64,000 bases of DNA from Trypanosoma brucei. Its lineage: Eukaryota. This document shows positions 60,001-64,000 of the stretch, piece after piece. The notes under the pieces are model-generated. The model ran no database searches and was not told the DNA's origin. It worked only from the letters and a program-made list of their open reading frames with translations. The stretch is taken from the NCBI GenBank assembly GCA_000002445.1, contig CP000067.1, positions 1,152,001-1,216,000 on the forward strand. Reading direction: 5' to 3'. Position numbers and translations under genes: made by a program. Numbering within the stretch: position 1 is the first letter of the stretch; every line of letters begins with the position of its first letter.

Positions 60001-62492
60001 GTAATTTCATATCCACCGGGCAACAACGACTCAAGCAACGTCGACTTGCCGCAGCCGGTCTCACCCACGATACACGTGAGGCTTCCTTTCGGAATGCGTA
60101 GCGTGACATTATGCAAGAGCTCTTTCCGGCGTACTTCGTAGTACTCCGTTGTACCATCAGCAGCACCATGGCCATGTCCATGACCGTGCGCGTGTGATTG
60201 GCCGTGACCGTGGCCTCGGCCCCCACCGGCGTTGCCATTGTTATTTTCGGTAGTTTGAATGTCTCCTCTGCCTTCTCTGTCATCCGCATCATCACCGCCT
60301 TCCACACGGTCACCGGTTATACCACCATTACTTTTCCCCTTTTTATTCGCTTTCTTCAGTTCGCTTTCGCAGGGAGGTAGCTTGTGGGGCGCGTACGTAG
60401 ATATCGCAGCGTTCATGAACTCAATCACCGCTGTGCTGTCTCCCCCAATGAGTGACCAACGGATATGGTCTGGCCCCCTTATTTGTCTTCCGTCTCGTTC
60501 ATGTTTTTGCATTTCTAAAAGACCGCTCTCCACGTCGTCATTCTCCAGAAAGGCGGATATGCGCCGCATCGAAACAATGAAACGGCTGAACGCTGACACC
60601 GACACGGGGATCATAATGAATGGCATTTGAATGAGGCGGAACAGGGCAATGGTGGGGAAGACAACAGTAGGTGTTAGCTCATTTCCTAGGACGTGAAAGA
60701 GTACAAACACTGCGGCAACAACCAGCGAAGGGACGGCGTTGGACAAAAAGGCAACGATTATATACATGTGCTGAATCGACCGCAAGGCTTTGAGCTCCTC
60801 CCGTCGCTTCTTCTCGATCTGACAGACAAGTGCTGGCTCCCACGACATGTACTTTGCCACACGGATTCCGGAAAGAAGCTCATTCGTTGCCTTTAGGCGT
60901 TCGTCCCTCAGCCGGGCGATGGTGTTTAGAAACCCAAAGAAACGTCCCATGAGGACCCCCTGCAGTGGCAAAAACACAAGCACAACACCGAGCCCCGCCA
61001 ATGCGCTGAGCCCAACCAATTGATAGAGCAGAAGGGCCCCAACCGCCAACCGCAATGGGGCGCCTACCATTATAGGCAGTAGGGTTGGAAGTGACCGGGC
61101 ACTCCCCACATCGTTGCTAACCATATTTACAATGCGGCCAACACTCATGTCAGGGTGGGCAAGCCCCTTTCGCGCGACTGTAGCGCACTTTGTGAAAAGA
61201 ACAGTAAGCAAGGCATTGTGGAAAGTGAGTCCCACACGACGCGACATCTGTGTAAGCTTATTACCAGCGGCACTTTGCACGAGTGAGAAAAAACAGAGGG
61301 TTGCGACAAGTGCCACTCCACCTTTCCAGTCCTGATCACTCATCTGCACATACTCAATGTACTTTTGCAGTATGACAGGGGCCGCAAGCTGACAAGCATC
61401 CTGCAACATTTGAATAGGGATAAGTATGTACACGCTAGAGCCAAACGTGTCAAAGAGTGCACGGGCAACAGATATGTGCTTGGGTGGCTTTTGTGATGTG
61501 ATGGGCATGAAGATGCCATTTTTGTACGTCTTCCGGGTGGAACCCTGTGGGTTCGACTGCCTTTCCTGTCCTTGTGATTCAAATGGCGAAATAAAGACGA
61601 TGTCGCCGACAGCCTCACACGTTGCGGTGTGGGCCCCGTCCGTGGTAGAAAAGAGGTGCTCTCCATCTATCACGCCATTGTGAAAAGGCATCACATTTTT
61701 CTCGCCGTTTGTATCCAATTCCTCCCCCTTCTTCTCACGTTTCCGCATGCTTCTCCTTTGCTCCCGCACGCGGTGTCGGGGCGCCGACTTCCACTCGACA
61801 CCAGCGTACATTTGTCTCGGACGCCGCAACTGTTGAACCGGTCCCACCCATCGCAGCAGCCCAACACTTTGTCGGTCACGCCTGTGCCGCACGACAGCAG
61901 CATCGTCTCCATCTGCGGTATAGGAATCCCACCCGAAACGTCTGAATTTCTGTTCTTCAAGCGTTTGCAATAGCCGTAGACCGCTATTGAAGGCTCGCAC
62001 ATCACGGGTAGGAAGAGGAATATCCTCCGGGACCAGTGATACGCCACGTGCCGCCAGGGACATCAGCGGCCCCGTCCAAGTGTGGTATAACCTACCGAAC
62101 AAAAAACCGGCACGGTCTTCTGGCCGCAAGGCATACGGCGGTTCCGGTCCAAGCAGTGCGTGAATCTGCGCTTGCCAGAGGTGGCGGCGAGTGTTGAGTT
62201 GCTGCTCAGAGCGCAGAAGAATGTCCATTGTTGGTTTCGGAGTGACGTCCGCTGTAATGTGCACCTCCGTCGTTCCAGCGTCATTGGTGTCGGTGTGGTT
62301 GTTGCTATCGTTACTGTGCCCGCCGCGGAGCAACGGCTCACGTGACTCCTCACCAGAGTCAGCGTTCATGCCCTTGTGCTCACACGTTTCGTATGTTTCG
62401 CCTATTTCTATCGTTCGTTCGCTGCAACTTATTCGTTGTAGTATTTTCTCCACAGACACTTCCTTCTCCTTCTCACTTCCTGCCTGACTCAC
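57090..62492 (-). CDS. ABC transporter, ABCC/MRP (multidrug-resistance-associated protein) family, full transporter TMD-NBD-TMD-NBD, 1800 aa
   Basis: It has two nucleotide-binding domains. NBD1 has Walker A IVGETGCGKSTLLESLL, signature LSGGQKARVGLARAL and Walker B VYLLDDPLSALD. NBD2 has Walker A GVIGRTGSGKSSLLLTLL, signature FSVGQRQLLCMARALL and Walker B FVLMDEATANID followed by H-loop VITVAHRLHT. Two blocks of multiple TM helices are arranged in the MRP-type order. It may correspond to the T. brucei MRPE-type gene, but this was not verified. The splice acceptor region lies at about 62595-62640 (minus-strand pyrimidine tract ending in AG). Confidence 0.92.
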   Translation of the reverse strand: MSQAGSEKEKEVSVEKILQRISCSERTIEIGETYETCEHKGMNADSGEESREPLLRGGHSNDSNNHTDTNDAGTTEVHITADVTPKPTMDILLRSEQQLNTRRHLWQAQIHALLGPEPPYALRPEDRAGFLFGRLYHTWTGPLMSLAARGVSLVPEDIPLPTRDVRAFNSGLRLLQTLEEQKFRRFGWDSYTADGDDAAVVRHRRDRQSVGLLRWVGPVQQLRRPRQMYAGVEWKSAPRHRVREQRRSMRKREKKGEELDTNGEKNVMPFHNGVIDGEHLFSTTDGAHTATCEAVGDIVFISPFESQGQERQSNPQGSTRKTYKNGIFMPITSQKPPKHISVARALFDTFGSSVYILIPIQMLQDACQLAAPVILQKYIEYVQMSDQDWKGGVALVATLCFFSLVQSAAGNKLTQMSRRVGLTFHNALLTVLFTKCATVARKGLAHPDMSVGRIVNMVSNDVGSARSLPTLLPIMVGAPLRLAVGALLLYQLVGLSALAGLGVVLVFLPLQGVLMGRFFGFLNTIARLRDERLKATNELLSGIRVAKYMSWEPALVCQIEKKRREELKALRSIQHMYIIVAFLSNAVPSLVVAAVFVLFHVLGNELTPTVVFPTIALFRLIQMPFIMIPVSVSAFSRFIVSMRRISAFLENDDVESGLLEMQKHERDGRQIRGPDHIRWSLIGGDSTAVIEFMNAAISTYAPHKLPPCESELKKANKKGKSNGGITGDRVEGGDDADDREGRGDIQTTENNNGNAGGGRGHGHGQSHAHGHGHGHGAADGTTEYYEVRRKELLHNVTLRIPKGSLTCIVGETGCGKSTLLESLLPGGYEITSGTLRAPATVAYVPQQPWIMNATLRENILFFSDMDEARFRRALRCAQLDCDLELLANGVETEIGENGVNLSGGQKARVGLARALYAERDVYLLDDPLSALDVHVGEKVLQDCLLGELSGTTRVLATHQLHVLRHADLIVVLGSEGTTVFTGNYEEYKTFTGEAAGDSHRGDDDVNDGQSANDNSACDETHEGISTEMPRERDDTMGPGERDNGVTTWDPLNNVETTSHGNGGDVAACESPLIDDYCDDSPAETGAANGKHTKLQKLSPLEDGKKEVSGKLMTDEEVATGSVPFAVYARYAAASGGAKTCVPLLILFVLTEVVMVSPFLWLSFFTMKTFNLPVNTYLFVYGGLVFASVLCSPLRWATGYGVLRAGSYRLFERLLRSVVAAPMSFFDTTPLGRVINRFSKDMTNIDEIIPDSIVYLVQCALSLTSSVAVMVASQYLVIAAIIPCGFIYYRLMLFYNNANRELRRVTNRVSSPVFSILGEMLAGRSCMDAFGKTPSFLTEALRRVDVVSACSYVEVVCNCWLAVRIDLLVTVVLTAISGLGVYLVLQFGTVDVGLLSLSLTMAVNISTILTSMVGQAATVEANMNSVERVLHYAHNIEHEDLMEDMEKAIKKQEERDRQMEKNERKKNKKGVASAGKNRTDGAEVNRPTNGMSGPNGHDFEAARGSCVSIRVTGGAESDEENGGTDKPSTAHVPSRHFHYTTSSAVEFCNVSMRYRQGQPLVLRDLTFRITTGQKVGVIGRTGSGKSSLLLTLLRMVDIEGGNILIEGHPIRSYRLRKLRQLFSVIPQDPVLFDGTLRDNLDPLHTSSDEEIFETLRLVGMQDRITSSAEGLRSRVVDCGANFSVGQRQLLCMARALLRRDSRFVLMDEATANIDPALDRQLQYAIRHTFVTHTVITVAHRLHTLASYDLLLLLKDGRVVETGRPRDLVMDENSRFSRMVAAMGENALKNFMEATERDSFPR

Positions 62493-62594
62493 CTTGAGTT
62501 ACGAGTATTTTCCAAATAATATTTTTCACCTATCACTCGCCCGATTGAACTTTTTTTTCCCCCCCGTTCCTCCCCTTTTCCTCTTCTTTGTTGT

Positions 62595-62640
62595 TGAGAA
62601 TCTAAAAAGAAAATAAAAGTAGAAAGCACCCAAACAAATG
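62595..62640 (-). promoter_or_regulatory. pyrimidine tract plus AG, candidate splice-acceptor region for the ABC transporter mRNA
   Basis: The minus strand reads catttgtttgggtgctttctacttttattttctttttagattctc about 110-150 nt upstream of the ATG at 62492. Confidence 0.45.
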
Positions 62641-63408
62641 TACAAATGAAGTGATAGGGAAACTTAACCGAAGCATCCGCAAAAAGCAGACGTGAGGGGA
62701 ACGGAGTATTACTGATTTCCACAGCATTTCTTTTTCATCACCTCTTCACTACTTGCCTGAGTGACTACCGCATTTCCCTCCGTGTTGTGTTGCAACATGC
62801 AGAATTTGCATGTCGTCACCACTCGTTACCACTGCTGTAACTCCATACACTATGGTGAACAAATTTGAATGCCAATATTCCAAATTAGTTGTGAGTTCGT
62901 CAGTTCAGTCCCTCTCAGTGCCCTCTATGTGTCTTCCCTGATTATAATTTCCCTTGCCGTCATCGATCCCCAGGTTGGGTGCCCTAACTGGCCACCTTAA
63001 CGCAAATATAACATAATTCAATTCTTTCCCTTATAAATGACAAATTTGAATATCCTCTTCCTACTTTCCTTTGGATGCGGCCTTGACCACAGAAGTGAGA
63101 AAGTCAAGAAGTGTGTGTATGTGTGTGTGTGTAGGGGGGGGGTACTCACACATGAATACATCTCTAAAGACATCGATAGCAGTAGCCTACAACAGTGAAG
63201 ATAAGCAACGTTTACCGTAACGAGAAGACAAACGTCGTTATGCATGTGCGTTTTTTTTTTCTTTTCCCTCTTCTTTCCTATACCCTCACAACCACTGGAA
63301 GGGGTTAAGCGCTGTCCAAACCAGGCCGAAAGACTGCAAAGTACTTATTTTCTCCCTTTTGCCCAACATAGGCAAGTAGTGGGAAACACACAAAAGTACT
63401 GAATACGT

Positions 63409-63412
63409 ATAT

Positions 63413-63455
<43 letters not shown>

Positions 63456-63460
63456 TTGTG
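63409..63460. repeat. compound (TA)n(TG)n microsatellite; related (GT)n-G9 at 63111-63142 and C10-(CA)n at 63579-63610
   Basis: attatatatatatatatatatgtgtgtgtgtgtgtgtgtgtgtgtgtttgtgcgtg. Confidence 0.9.
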
Positions 63461-64000
63461 CGTGTTCATGTGTGTATGCAGAAATAAAGCGATGAGATAC
63501 TGCACATGAACAAATACAGCGCATGAATATAAATACAGACATGTGTATAGACAAAAAAAAATGGAAACTCCAACAACTCCCCCCCCCCGCACACACACAC
63601 ACACACACACTTCCCTTGCCACAGACGATCATCTTTTCCCCAGCTCCTTTTCTTGCTGTGATTATCTCCTTCTCTGTTTCGCCGGCACATTTCAGAGAGT
63701 GTAGGACTGGTTTACGGGAGCGTATGTGTATGGGGTGACGTGTTAGTAAACTGCAAGGGAAAGAAGATATCAACTGGGTAGACGGAGAAAATGGTGCACA
63801 TGTGAATATTTCGCGCATATGTGTTGTGACAGACACACATTGGAGGGGTTGAATAAATAAATACTTGTAAACATATATATATATATCGTATTTATACATG
63901 TTCATACACATGGTACGCATATTTAGACGATTTGCACTGCAGCTGTTGAGATGCTCACCTCCAAGACAGTTAAAAGGGCAACATACACGTTCCCATACCA

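Overview
The window reads as chromosome-internal trypanosomatid DNA, most consistent with Trypanosoma brucei. It has no introns. Every convincing gene lies on the minus strand. Purine-rich stretches on the plus strand (pyrimidine tracts plus AG on the coding strand) sit upstream of each gene, as expected for trans-splicing in one polycistronic transcription unit running from high to low coordinates. It is not bacterial or phage DNA, and there is no CRISPR array and no operon signal.

In transcription order (right to left) the genes are:
- An 1800-aa ABC transporter of the ABCC/MRP family at 57090-62492.
- A 947-aa coiled-coil hypothetical protein at 51924-54767.
- A 3.8-kb gene-free interval.
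- Seven head-to-tail receptor-type adenylate cyclase genes (ESAG4/GRESAG4-like) at 16174-48116. Each has a signal peptide, a large extracellular domain, one transmembrane helix and a class III cyclase domain.
- A 1744-aa protein with C-terminal leucine-rich repeats at 9944-15178.
- A 4.4-kb gene-free interval.
- An 826-aa vacuolar-type H+-translocating pyrophosphatase at 3027-5507.
- A 5'-truncated gene running off the left edge at 1-1147. The six-frame ORF track misses it because it has no in-window stop.

The cyclase array is the most interesting part, but it is a known class of locus rather than a new system. The copies are about 95-99% identical but differ in discrete patches, which suggests gene conversion. 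One copy carries a 1-bp frameshift. The two promoter-proximal copies carry a divergent, longer C-terminal tail and a shortened spacer. The first copy has its own signal peptide and a unique 5' flank. No mobile element or RNA gene could be supported from the sequence alone.
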